64,000 nt of DNA, from contig CAWELN010000011.1 of NCBI GenBank assembly GCA_963809795.1, positions 38,418 through 102,417 on the forward strand. Direction: 5' to 3'. Origin of the DNA: an uncultured Actinomycetes bacterium. Its GTDB lineage: Bacteria; Actinomycetota; Acidimicrobiia; IMCC26256; DASPTH01. The translations under genes were made by a program, and so were the position numbers. Within the stretch, counting starts at the first letter, position 1. Each line of letters starts with the position of its first letter. Under the pieces are notes generated by a model. The model made no database searches. It worked only from the letters and a program-made list of their open reading frames with translations, and had not been told where the DNA came from. Positions 1-8,372 of this stretch are shown one piece after another.

Positions 1-1
1 G

Positions 2-574
2 TCCGACACCTGGAAGCTCGCGCTCGGTCGCACGCTCGACCACACGGTGTCGAACATCCCGGCGCTGGACGGCACGCTCGTCGTCATCGACACGTCGGGC
101 TCGATGCAGGCGCCGGTCTCCAACCGCTCGCGGCTGCAGCGAGTCGAGGTCGCGGCGGTGATGGCGATGGCGACGGCGGCGCGCGCCGATGACGTCGACG
201 TGGTGATCTATGGCGCGGACAACGCGCGGGTCCACGGGCTCCGCGGCGCGTCGGTGCTCTCCGGCGTCGACAAGGTCGTCCGCGCCATCGGCTCGGTCGG
301 GCACGCGACGTACGGGCACACCGCCATCGCGCGCTGGTTCGATCCGCGTCGGCACCGCCGCGCGGTGATCTTCACCGACGACCAGCAGCACGACGCGGGC
401 CGCGTGCGTCTCGACCACGTCCCGGTCGTGTACACGTTCGACCTGGCGGGGTACCGGCCGTCGGCGCTGCCGGCCGGCGAGCGCGGCCGGTACACGCTCG
501 GCGGCTTCACCGACGCCACGTTCACCGCCATGGACGTGCTCGAGCGCGGTCGGAACGCCGGCTGGCCGTTCTGA
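2..574 (+). CDS. vWA-domain C-terminal part of a TROVE/Ro60-like (Rsr-type) protein, 5' truncated by the window edge
   Basis: This frame is open from nt 2; the track ORF merely starts at an internal GTG at 47. MIDAS-type motif VVIDTSGSM, IFTDDQ and the C-terminal GGFTDATFTAMDVLERG resemble the vWA domain that ends Ro60/Rsr proteins. The TROVE part itself would lie upstream of the window. Confidence 0.55.
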   Translation, partial: SDTWKLALGRTLDHTVSNIPALDGTLVVIDTSGSMQAPVSNRSRLQRVEVAAVMAMATAARADDVDVVIYGADNARVHGLRGASVLSGVDKVVRAIGSVGHATYGHTAIARWFDPRRHRRAVIFTDDQQHDAGRVRLDHVPVVYTFDLAGYRPSALPAGERGRYTLGGFTDATFTAMDVLERGRNAGWPF

Positions 575-601
575 CCGCGCCCGCGGCGCCCGGACGCGGC
601 G

Positions 602-1852
602 TCACTCCGGGTCGGAGAGGATCACCCGGTTGCCGTGGTCCCAGCGGACGTAGTTCCAGGCCCAGTTCAGGAGCACCACGGCCCGGTTGCGGAACCCGAT
701 GAGGAACACGAGGTGGAGTCCGAGCCAGCTCAACCAGCCGAGCGTGCCGCCGAACCGGATGCCCAGCGGAAGCTCGGCCACCGCCGAGCGGCGCCCGATG
801 GTGGCCATCGTGCCCTTGTCGACGTAGCGGAAGGGCTTCGTCGACTTCCCCCGCAGCCGGCGCACGATGCCGCGGGCCACGTACCGGCCCTGCTGGATCG
901 CCACCGGCGCCAGCTGCGGGAACGGCTTGCCGTCGGGCCGCTCGACCCCGGCGAGGTCGCCGATGACGAACACCTCGGGGTGTCCGGGCACGCTGAGGTC
1001 GGGCCGGACGACGATCTCGCCGCGCGCGGTCTGGGCCAGCGAGAGGGCGGACGCGACCGGGTTGGCCTTCACGCCCGCGGTCCACAGCACGGTGCGGGTC
1101 GGGATCACGGTGCCGTCGGCGAGCTCCACCCGGTCGTCGGCGACCGCGGCGATCGCCACGCCGAGGCGCACCTCGACGCCACGCTGCGCCAGCTCGACCT
1201 TCGCTTCCGCCCGCGAGCGGGGAGAGAAGGAGCCGAGGACGTGCTCGGTCATCTCGACCAGGATGACCCGCGCCCGGCCGACGTCGAGGCGCTTGAAGTC
1301 CTTCCGGAGCACCAGCGCGATCAGCTCGCCCAGGGCTCCGCAGAGCTCGACCCCGGTGGGACCGCCGCCGGCGACCACGAACGTCAGGGTGCCGTCGTCG
1401 ACGCGCGACGGATCGGCGTCGGCCTCCTCGAAGCGGGCCAGCACCGTGTTGCGGATCTTGCTGGCGTCGGCGAGGGTCTTGAGCGGGATGGCGTGCTCGG
1501 CGGCGCCGGGGACCCCGAAGTCGCTGCTCACCGCGCCCGCGGCGAGGACCAGGTAGTCGTAGGCGAGTGTGGCGTCGCCGTCGACCAGCACCTCACGCCG
1601 CTCGAAGTCGACACCGCGCACGGTGTTCAGGCGGGCCTCGATGTTGGGGTCGTTGCGCACGATGTAACGCAGGTTCGGCGCGATGTCGTCGGGCGCGAGG
1701 CTCGAGGTCGCGACCTGGTACAGGAGGGGCGAGAACGTGTGGAAGTTGTGCTGGTCGACGATCGTGACGTCGACCGGCGTGTCCGCCAGCGCGCGGGCGG
1801 CCGCGATCCCACCGAATCCCGCACCCACGATCACCACCCGAGGCCGATGCAT
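602..1852 (-). CDS. ndh: type II NADH:quinone oxidoreductase (NDH-2)
   Basis: Track ORF 602..1927; start moved to ATG 1852 (MHRPRVVIVGAGFGGIAAA, a Rossmann GxGxxG). Second dinucleotide fold TFVVAGGGPTGVE. Full-length NDH-2-like sequence. Confidence 0.9.
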   Translation of the reverse strand: MHRPRVVIVGAGFGGIAAARALADTPVDVTIVDQHNFHTFSPLLYQVATSSLAPDDIAPNLRYIVRNDPNIEARLNTVRGVDFERREVLVDGDATLAYDYLVLAAGAVSSDFGVPGAAEHAIPLKTLADASKIRNTVLARFEEADADPSRVDDGTLTFVVAGGGPTGVELCGALGELIALVLRKDFKRLDVGRARVILVEMTEHVLGSFSPRSRAEAKVELAQRGVEVRLGVAIAAVADDRVELADGTVIPTRTVLWTAGVKANPVASALSLAQTARGEIVVRPDLSVPGHPEVFVIGDLAGVERPDGKPFPQLAPVAIQQGRYVARGIVRRLRGKSTKPFRYVDKGTMATIGRRSAVAELPLGIRFGGTLGWLSWLGLHLVFLIGFRNRAVVLLNWAWNYVRWDHGNRVILSDPE

Positions 1853-1947
1853 GTTCCCCCAGCGTTGTCGCTGGGCACGCTGCGTGCCAGAGTGCAGCGG
1901 ACGAATTGTGTCGCCGCCTGTGCCCACACCCCCCGGAGGACGGAACC

Positions 1948-2313
1948 ATGGCCCACGAAGGTCTCCACGAGCCCGCCGAGCTCCTCGACGACGCGACCAT
2001 CGATCGCCATCGCGCGCTCGAATCGGTGATCGAGGAGCTGGAGGCGATCGATTGGTACGACCAACGGGTGCGGGCGACCAAGGACCCGGATGTGGCGTCG
2101 ATCCTGGCCCACAACCGCGACGACGAGAAGGAGCACGCCGCGATGGCGCTCGAATGGGTTCGCCGTCAGGATCCGGCGCTCGACGCCCAATTGCGCCAGT
2201 ACCTGTTCACGACGGGCCCGATCGTGTCGGTCGAGGACGAAGGTGGCACGGAGTCGGCGCCGGAGCCGCGTGGGATCGGGTTGGCGATCGGCAGCCTCCG
2301 GAGCGGGTCATGA
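1948..2313 (+). CDS. encapsulated ferritin-like protein (EncFtn-type encapsulin cargo)
   Basis: ATG 1948 (MAHEGLHE). Ferritin-like motifs EELEAIDWYDQR and DDEKEHAAM (ExxH). C-terminal GIGLAIGSLRSGS looks like an encapsulin cargo-loading peptide. Stop overlaps the next start (ATGA at 2310-2313). Confidence 0.85.
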   Translation: MAHEGLHEPAELLDDATIDRHRALESVIEELEAIDWYDQRVRATKDPDVASILAHNRDDEKEHAAMALEWVRRQDPALDAQLRQYLFTTGPIVSVEDEGGTESAPEPRGIGLAIGSLRSGS

Positions 2314-3122
2314 GCGACCACCTGCTGCGCGAGCACGCGCCCATCTCGGACGGCGCGTGGGCGGCCATCGAGGACGACGTCACCCCGAAGCTCAAGACGC
2401 AACTCGCGGCCCGGAAGCTGGTCGACTTCACCGGACCGGGCGGTTGGGACCTCTCGTCGGTGAACAGCGGCCGCGCCCGTCCCATCGCCGAACCGGGCTC
2501 CGGACTGACGGCGTTGCAGCGGGTCGTGATGCCGCTGGTCGAGCTGCGCGCCGAGTTCACGTTGTCGCGGCGTGAGCTCGAGGACGCCGACCGCGGCGCC
2601 CGCGACCTCGACCTGTCGGCGCTCGACGAGGCGGCGGCGGTACTGGCGCGCGCCGAGAACCGTGCCGTCTTCCACGGCTATGCCGACGCCGGCATCCGCG
2701 GGCTCGTCGAGGTCGGGACGCACGATTCGATCTCGCTCGGGAGCGACCCCAACCGGTACCCCGCCGAGATCGCGCGCGCGGTCGACGTCCTGCGCGAGGC
2801 CGGGATCGGCGGACCGTACGGTCTCGCGATCGCGCCGGAGATCTACACCGCGATCGTCGAATCGACCGAGCACGGCGGCTACCCGCTGTTCGAACACCTG
2901 CATCAGATCCTCGAGGGGCCGGTCGTGTGGGCTCCCGGGATCGACTGCGGCGCGGTCCTGAGCCAACGCGGTGACGACTTCGTGTTCGACAGCGGGCAGG
3001 ACATCGCCATCGGCTATCGGAGCCACGACGCCGAGGACGTCACCCTGTACCTGGAAGAGAGCTTCACCTTCCGGGTGCTCGAACCCGACGCCGTCGTCGC
3101 GCTCGACCCGCCGCAGGGTTGA
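2310..3122 (+). CDS. family 1 encapsulin shell protein (linocin M18-like, HK97 fold)
   Basis: 270 aa, colinear with T. maritima-type encapsulin: KLVDFTGPGGW, LVELRAEFTLSRRELED, GGPYGLAI, SQRGDDFVFDSGQDIAIGY, FTFRVLEPDAVVAL. Confidence 0.92.
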   Translation: MSDHLLREHAPISDGAWAAIEDDVTPKLKTQLAARKLVDFTGPGGWDLSSVNSGRARPIAEPGSGLTALQRVVMPLVELRAEFTLSRRELEDADRGARDLDLSALDEAAAVLARAENRAVFHGYADAGIRGLVEVGTHDSISLGSDPNRYPAEIARAVDVLREAGIGGPYGLAIAPEIYTAIVESTEHGGYPLFEHLHQILEGPVVWAPGIDCGAVLSQRGDDFVFDSGQDIAIGYRSHDAEDVTLYLEESFTFRVLEPDAVVALDPPQG

Positions 3123-3198
3123 GCTCGCCGCATCCGCGACGTCCCGTCGTCCGGGTCAAGTTCTGGCATCACTGAACCGACGCGGCGGGGCGATGCCG

Positions 3199-4017
3199 TC
3201 AGGTGCGGGCCATGCCCTCGCCCTGGCGGTACATCTGGGGTGGCTTGTCGCCCGCGAGCTGGCCGCCGTCGATGGGGACGGTCGCGCCGGTCACGAACGA
3301 CGAGCGCTCGGAGCAGAGCCACAGCACCACGTCGGCCACTTCGTCGGTGGTGCCGACGCGGCCCATGGGCACCGACTGTCCGGCGAGTCGTCGCGCTTCC
3401 GGACCGGCCTGCTCGAGGTGGTACGTCAGGATCGGCCCGGGGGCGACGACGTTGACGCGGATGTTGCGGTTCGCGTAGTCGAGCGCGGCGACCTCGGTGA
3501 GCCCGATGATGCCGCCTTTGCCCGCGACGTACGCGGCGAGGTTGGTCACCGCCCGCACGCCGGCGACCGAGGCCATGTTGACGATGGCGCCGCCGCCCGA
3601 GTCGAGCATGGCGGGGATCTCGTACTTCATCCCGAGGAAGGTGCCGCGCACGTTGGTGCGGATGCCGCGGTCGAATTCGTCGGGATCGAGATCGGCGAGC
3701 GGGCCCGGCATCGGTCCGTCGGTGGCGTTGTTGAACGCCGCGTCGAGGCGTCCGTACGTGCTCACCGCGAGGTCGACGAGGGCGCGCATGGAATCGGTGT
3801 CGCCGACGTCGGTGACCGCGGTGACGGCGCGGCCACCGCGCTGCTCGATGTCGGCGGCGACCCCGGCGAGCGCCTCGTGATCGCGCGCGCCGAGCACGAC
3901 GGCGTAGCCGTCCCGGGCGAAGGCCCGGGCGGTGTCGGCGCCGATGCCGCGGCTGGCCCCGGCGACCAGGGCGACCTTGCCGGTCGGGGAGTTGCTGCTG
4001 CTGGTGCTGGTGGTCAT
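3199..4017 (-). CDS. short-chain dehydrogenase/reductase (SDR)
   Basis: Start moved to ATG 4017 (MTTSTSS). VALVAGASRGIG cofactor motif, NNA, and YxxxK region (AAYVAGKGG). Classical SDR length. Confidence 0.85.
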   Translation of the reverse strand: MTTSTSSSNSPTGKVALVAGASRGIGADTARAFARDGYAVVLGARDHEALAGVAADIEQRGGRAVTAVTDVGDTDSMRALVDLAVSTYGRLDAAFNNATDGPMPGPLADLDPDEFDRGIRTNVRGTFLGMKYEIPAMLDSGGGAIVNMASVAGVRAVTNLAAYVAGKGGIIGLTEVAALDYANRNIRVNVVAPGPILTYHLEQAGPEARRLAGQSVPMGRVGTTDEVADVVLWLCSERSSFVTGATVPIDGGQLAGDKPPQMYRQGEGMART

Positions 4018-4041
4018 GCGTCTCCTCCTGGCGAAAAGATT

Positions 4042-4074
4042 GGAGATCAAAACATTAGATGTCAAACGATCTCC
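4042..4074. promoter_or_regulatory. inverted repeat GGAGATC-N19-GATCTCC in the AT-rich SDR/MarR divergent intergenic region (candidate MarR operator)
   Basis: GGAGATC at 4042-4048 and its reverse complement GATCTCC at 4068-4074. It sits in the only AT-rich stretch (aaaacattagatgtcaaac) between divergent starts 4017 and 4090. Confidence 0.5.
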
Positions 4075-4089
4075 GGTTATCATCGGAAG

Positions 4090-4512
4090 GTGCGACCCAC
4101 CCACGAACCCATCGGCCTCGAGCTCACCCGGACCGGGCGGCTCCTGAGCCGGGCCTTCGACGACGAGCTCGTCGCCGCCGGCGCGTCACTGCCCGTCTGG
4201 CTGGTCCTCACCGCGCTGAAGCGGGGTGACCACGCCATGCAGCGCGAGCTGGCGGCCGCGGTCGGGATCGACGACGCCACCCTCACCCATCACCTGCGCC
4301 GGATGGAGGCCGACGGGCTCGTGGTCCGGCACCGGGCGCCCGAGGACCGCCGCCACCAGCTCGTCGAGCTCACCGCCGCGGGCGAGGCGCGGTTCGGGCA
4401 GCTGCTCGGCGTGGTGACCGGGTTCGACCGCCGGCTGCGGGCCGGGTTCGACGCCGACGAGCTCGCGGTGCTGCGGGCCTCCTTGGCCCGATTGCGCGAG
4501 AACGTCGGCTAG
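4090..4512 (+). CDS. MarR family transcriptional regulator
   Basis: In-frame GTG at 4090. Winged-helix core LTALKRGDHAMQRELAAAVGIDDATLTHHLRRMEADGLVVRHRAPEDRRHQLVELTAAG is typical of MarR. Confidence 0.85.
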   Translation: MRPTHEPIGLELTRTGRLLSRAFDDELVAAGASLPVWLVLTALKRGDHAMQRELAAAVGIDDATLTHHLRRMEADGLVVRHRAPEDRRHQLVELTAAGEARFGQLLGVVTGFDRRLRAGFDADELAVLRASLARLRENVG

Positions 4513-4515
4513 GGG

Positions 4516-4680
4516 TCAGCCTTCGTCGGTCTCGTCGCTCGGGATCGTCATCTCCTCCCGGGCCGCGTCGGCGAGCTCGTCGGGCACGTCGTCGGGCTCG
4601 CGGTCGCCCGGCGGCGGCTCGGTCGCGGTCGCGCGCGCACTTGCGGTGGGTGTGGGCAACTCTCTTGCGGCCGTGCTCAT
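4516..4680 (-). CDS. hypothetical small acidic protein (54 aa; alternative start 4740)
   Basis: ORF downstream of the aldo-keto reductase on the same strand (MSTAARELPTPTAS...DELADAAREEMTIPSDETDEG). GC-rich third positions, but no recognisable family. Confidence 0.3.
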   Translation of the reverse strand: MSTAARELPTPTASARATATEPPPGDREPDDVPDELADAAREEMTIPSDETDEG

Positions 4681-4771
4681 GTCACGAGCCTCCTGGTCAC
4701 ACGCGTTGGTGCGCGCGTACCCGGGAAGCGCGGGGCGCACTCGCGCGACGACCGGGGCCGGTGCGCGGGGT

Positions 4772-5629
4772 TCACGCCGCGTGCTGGAGCGCGGCCACCT
4801 CGTCGGGCTCGAGGTGGATGCTCGACGCGGTCACGTTCTCCTCGACGTGGGGGACCGAGCCGGTGCCGGGGATCGGCAGCATCGCCGGCGACCGCGCCAG
4901 GAGCCACGCGAGGACGACCTGCGTGGCGGTGACGCGGTGGTGTGCGGCCACGTCGCCGACCTTCGAGTTTCCCTCGTAGTCCTGGATCGGCGAGTAGGGC
5001 AAGAACGCGAGGTCCTCCTGCTCGCAGAGGTCGAGCATGGCCTCCGACTCGCGGTCGCTCACGTTGTAACGGTTCTGCACCGAGACGACCGGGGTCAGGG
5101 ACTGCGCGGTCCGGAGGTGCGCCTCGGTGACGTTCGAGACGCCGATGTGGCGGATCTTGCCCGCCTCCTTGAGCTCCACCAGCGCGCCGACCGAGTCCTC
5201 GTACGGCACGTTCGGATCGGGCCGGTGCAGCTGGTACAGCGGGATCTCGTCGAGCCGGAGCCGGCGGAGGCTGCCGTCGCAGGCCTCCTTGAGGTGTTCG
5301 GGACGGGCGTTCGACGGCCACCGGTTCGGGCCGGTGCGCTCGAGCCCGCCCTTGGTCGCGATCACGAGATCCTCGGGGTAGGGGTGCAGGGCCTCGGCGA
5401 TCAGCTCCTCGCTCACGTGCGGACCGTACGAGTCGGCGGTGTCGATGAAGTTGACGCCCAGCTCGATGGCCCGGCGGAGCACCGCCTTGGCCTCGTCGCG
5501 ATCGCGGGGTTCGCCCCAGATGCCCGGTCCGGTGATGCGCATCGCGCCGAACCCCAGGCGACGCACCGTGAGGTCGCCGCCGATGTCGATGGTGCCGGAT
5601 CCGGCGTTCGCCAACGAGATGTCGTTCAT
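4772..5629 (-). CDS. aldo/keto reductase
   Basis: Start ATG 5629 preceded by GGAGGA. LGFGAMRITG, INFIDTADSYG, LYQLHRPD and IRHIGVSN are AKR hallmarks. Confidence 0.9.
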   Translation of the reverse strand: MNDISLANAGSGTIDIGGDLTVRRLGFGAMRITGPGIWGEPRDRDEAKAVLRRAIELGVNFIDTADSYGPHVSEELIAEALHPYPEDLVIATKGGLERTGPNRWPSNARPEHLKEACDGSLRRLRLDEIPLYQLHRPDPNVPYEDSVGALVELKEAGKIRHIGVSNVTEAHLRTAQSLTPVVSVQNRYNVSDRESEAMLDLCEQEDLAFLPYSPIQDYEGNSKVGDVAAHHRVTATQVVLAWLLARSPAMLPIPGTGSVPHVEENVTASSIHLEPDEVAALQHAA

Positions 5630-5654
5630 GAGTTCCTCCACACCGAAGCTGCGT

Positions 5655-6437
5655 TCAGTCGACGTTCCCATTCATCGCCGGTCCGCCGTCCACCGCAAAC
5701 GTCTGGCCGCTCACATAGGACGCCGCGTCGCTGGCGAGGAAGAGGATCGGCCAGGCCACCTCCACCGGCCGTCCCGCCCGCCCCAGCGGGACGTTGGTCG
5801 CCATCCGCTCGTGATCGAGGTTCGCGACCTGCCACGCGGCCACCGCCCGCTCCGACCCGACGAGCCCGACCGCCACGCAGTTGCAGCGGATGCCGTGTGG
5901 GCCCCATTCGGCGGCGGTGACCCGGGTGAACATCTGGAGACCCGACTTGGCCGCGCTGTAGTGCGCACCGCCCTTCACGCCGGTGACCCCGGCCCCCGAC
6001 GACACGTTGACGATGGCGCCCGAGCCCTGCTCGATCATGTGCCGGCCGACCTCGCGCGTGCACAGGAACGGGCCGCGCACGTTGAGCTCGAAGATGCTGT
6101 CCCAGCCTCGGGTCGGGAGCTCCTCCAACGGACCGAGGCGCGTGCCGCCCGCGTTGTTCACGAGGATGTCGATCCGCCCGAGCTCCTCCATCGTGCGCTC
6201 GACCATGCGGACGATGTCGTCCTCCTGCTTCACGTCGGTGCGCACGGGCACGCACCGGCGCCCGGTCGCGTCGCGGATCGACAGTGCGACCTGCTCCAGC
6301 TCCGCTTCCGTCCGGCTCGCGATCACCAGGTCGGCGCCGTGCTCGGCGAGCAGGCGCGCGGTCGCGGCGCCGATGCCGGTGCCGCCGCCGGTGACGATCG
6401 CGGTGCGGTCGGTGAGGTCGAGGGGATCCGCGGCCAC
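5655..6437 (-). CDS. short-chain dehydrogenase/reductase (SDR)
   Basis: TAIVTGGGTGIG, NNAG, SSGAG...YSAAK catalytic tetrad region, and C-terminal SYVSGQTFAVDGG. Confidence 0.9.
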   Translation of the reverse strand: MAADPLDLTDRTAIVTGGGTGIGAATARLLAEHGADLVIASRTEAELEQVALSIRDATGRRCVPVRTDVKQEDDIVRMVERTMEELGRIDILVNNAGGTRLGPLEELPTRGWDSIFELNVRGPFLCTREVGRHMIEQGSGAIVNVSSGAGVTGVKGGAHYSAAKSGLQMFTRVTAAEWGPHGIRCNCVAVGLVGSERAVAAWQVANLDHERMATNVPLGRAGRPVEVAWPILFLASDAASYVSGQTFAVDGGPAMNGNVD

Positions 6438-6442
6438 CGGCT

Positions 6443-6847
6443 TCAGACGGTCGGGAGCAGTGTGCGATCGACGTCCTCGCCCGCCATCAGCCGACCGACG
6501 AGGCCCATGTCGAAGTAGTCGCGCCAGGCGACGATCAGTCCGTCGCGCACGTCGAACGCGCCCATCACCGCGATGGGCGCGGCGATGCCGTTGACCTTCA
6601 TGGTGTCGGTGCGTTCGGTGAGCACGGTGTCACCTTCAGCCGCGAGGTGGTGGATCTCGAACCCGAGGGACTCCGACATGTCGAGGAAGCCCTTGATCGA
6701 CGCGATCGACGCGTCCTTGCCCACCGCGGGTTCCATGCCGACGTTGTGGTACACGGCCTTGTCGTCGAGCAGGCGCTCGATCGTCGCCAGGTCCTTGGTG
6801 GCGAAGGCCGAGCAGAACTCGCGGACGACATCACTGGGCGAGGTCAT
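6443..6847 (-). CDS. SnoaL-like / limonene-1,2-epoxide hydrolase family protein
   Basis: Start ATG 6847 after caGGAGAcccc. The 134-aa NTF2-like sequence (VVREFCSAFATKDLATIERLLDDKAVYHNVG...) resembles the LEH family. Confidence 0.65.
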   Translation of the reverse strand: MTSPSDVVREFCSAFATKDLATIERLLDDKAVYHNVGMEPAVGKDASIASIKGFLDMSESLGFEIHHLAAEGDTVLTERTDTMKVNGIAAPIAVMGAFDVRDGLIVAWRDYFDMGLVGRLMAGEDVDRTLLPTV

Positions 6848-6962
6848 GGGGGTCTCCTGTTCGACGGGTCCGGGTCGGGCGTGGGCCGCCTCAACGGGGG
6901 ACCGTACGCCATCGCGGCGATACCCTGCGAAGGCGTAGCTCCCGATGCACCGGAGGACACCC

Positions 6963-8372
6963 ATGGCCACGTCGAAGGACGACCTGATCCTCGTCTCGGT
7001 CGACGACCACATCGCCGAGCCCGCGACGATGTTCGACGCGCACGTGCCCGCGAAGTACCGCGAGCTGGCCCCGCGGGTCGTCGACGAGCCCAACGGCGCG
7101 CAGCAGTGGTACTACGGGGAGATCCGGGGCCGGAACCTGGGGTTGAACGCGGTGGCCGGCAAGCCGCCCGAGATGTTCAACGTCAACCCGAACCGCTACG
7201 AGGACATGCGGCCCGGCTGCTACGACGTCGACGAGCGGGTGCGCGACATGTCCGCCGGCGGCCAGCTCGCAGGGTTGAACTTCCCGAACTGGACCGGCTT
7301 CTCCGGCCAGGTCCTGAACCAGGGGCCCGACCGCGACGTCAACCTGGTGATGATCAAGGCGTACAACGACTGGCACGTCGACGAGTGGTGCGGGGCGCAC
7401 CCCGACCGCTTCATCCCGTGCGGCATCCTGCCGTTGTTCGACGTCGAGGAGGCGGCGAAGGAGGTGCGTCGGCTCGCCGACAAGGGCTGTCACGCGGTCA
7501 CCTTCTCGGAGAACCCCGCCGGGCTCGGCATGCCCAGCATCCACACCCGCGAGTGGGATCCGCTGTTCGCAGCGTGCTCCGACCACGCGACCGTGCTGTG
7601 CTGCCACATCGGGTCGTCGTCGAAGGCGTCGAGCACGTCGCCCGACGCGCCGCCGCCGGTGGCGATGAACCTGTCGTCGGGGATGGCGATCTACACCCTC
7701 GGCGACCTGCTGTGGGCCGAGTTCTGGCACCGGTTCCCGAAGCTGCGGTTCTCGCTCACCGAAGGCGACATCGGGTGGATCCCGTACTTCCTGTGGCGGG
7801 CCGAGCACACCCTCGACCGTCACAACGGGTGGATCCGGCACGACCAACCGCAGGGGCTCTCACCGACCGAGCTGTTCCACGAGCGCATCCTGGTGTGCTT
7901 CATCAACGACCGCGTCGGCGTGAAGCTGCTCGACGAGTTCAGCCTCGACCAGGTGTGCTGGGAGTCCGACTACCCGCACTCCGACAGCTCGTGGCCGGAG
8001 GCGCCGGAGAAGCTGTGGCAGCTCGTGGCCGATCTCGATCCCGACGTCGTCGACCACATCACACACCTCAACGCGATGCGCGCCTACCAGTTCGATCCGT
8101 TCTCGGTCCGCCCACGCGAGCGCTGCACCGCGGCGGCGCTGCGCGCCGAAGCAACCGACGTCGACACGGTGACGCACGTGGGCCGCCTCGCCGACGACAC
8201 CGACCGCGCCGCCTGGCGTCAGATGACCGGCGCCGCCGCGGCGGCGGCCGCGCAGCCAAGTAGGTTCCGCGCTAGGAGCGGGGGCCGCCACGGTCGCCGG
8301 GCCAGCGAGACCCGCCGATGGTGTCCGCGTAGGGCCAGAACGCGATCGGGTCGAGCGCGCCGGCGAGCGTGA
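6963..8372 (+). CDS. amidohydrolase_2 family metal-dependent hydrolase/decarboxylase (paralog 1 of 3)
   Basis: ATG 6963. DDLILVSVDDHIAEP, YNDWHVDEW, CHIGSSS, WESDYPHSDS. Colinear with 54442..55716. The C-terminal ~45 codons are Arg-rich and overlap the convergent gene by 101 nt, so the true stop is uncertain. Confidence 0.8.
   Translation: MATSKDDLILVSVDDHIAEPATMFDAHVPAKYRELAPRVVDEPNGAQQWYYGEIRGRNLGLNAVAGKPPEMFNVNPNRYEDMRPGCYDVDERVRDMSAGGQLAGLNFPNWTGFSGQVLNQGPDRDVNLVMIKAYNDWHVDEWCGAHPDRFIPCGILPLFDVEEAAKEVRRLADKGCHAVTFSENPAGLGMPSIHTREWDPLFAACSDHATVLCCHIGSSSKASSTSPDAPPPVAMNLSSGMAIYTLGDLLWAEFWHRFPKLRFSLTEGDIGWIPYFLWRAEHTLDRHNGWIRHDQPQGLSPTELFHERILVCFINDRVGVKLLDEFSLDQVCWESDYPHSDSSWPEAPEKLWQLVADLDPDVVDHITHLNAMRAYQFDPFSVRPRERCTAAALRAEATDVDTVTHVGRLADDTDRAAWRQMTGAAAAAAAQPSRFRARSGGRHGRRASETRRWCPRRARTRSGRARRRA

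Noticed and set aside
575-601. Possible Y-RNA or other ncRNA downstream of the Ro60-like gene
   Set aside because: Only 27 nt lie between the convergent stops, which is too short for a Y RNA. Only small GC hairpins are visible.
8229-8252. GCN trinucleotide repeat as a microsatellite/contingency locus
   Set aside because: It is short (8 imperfect GCN units) and simply encodes a poly-Ala tract inside a CDS. I mention it only as a possible indel site in the overlap finding.
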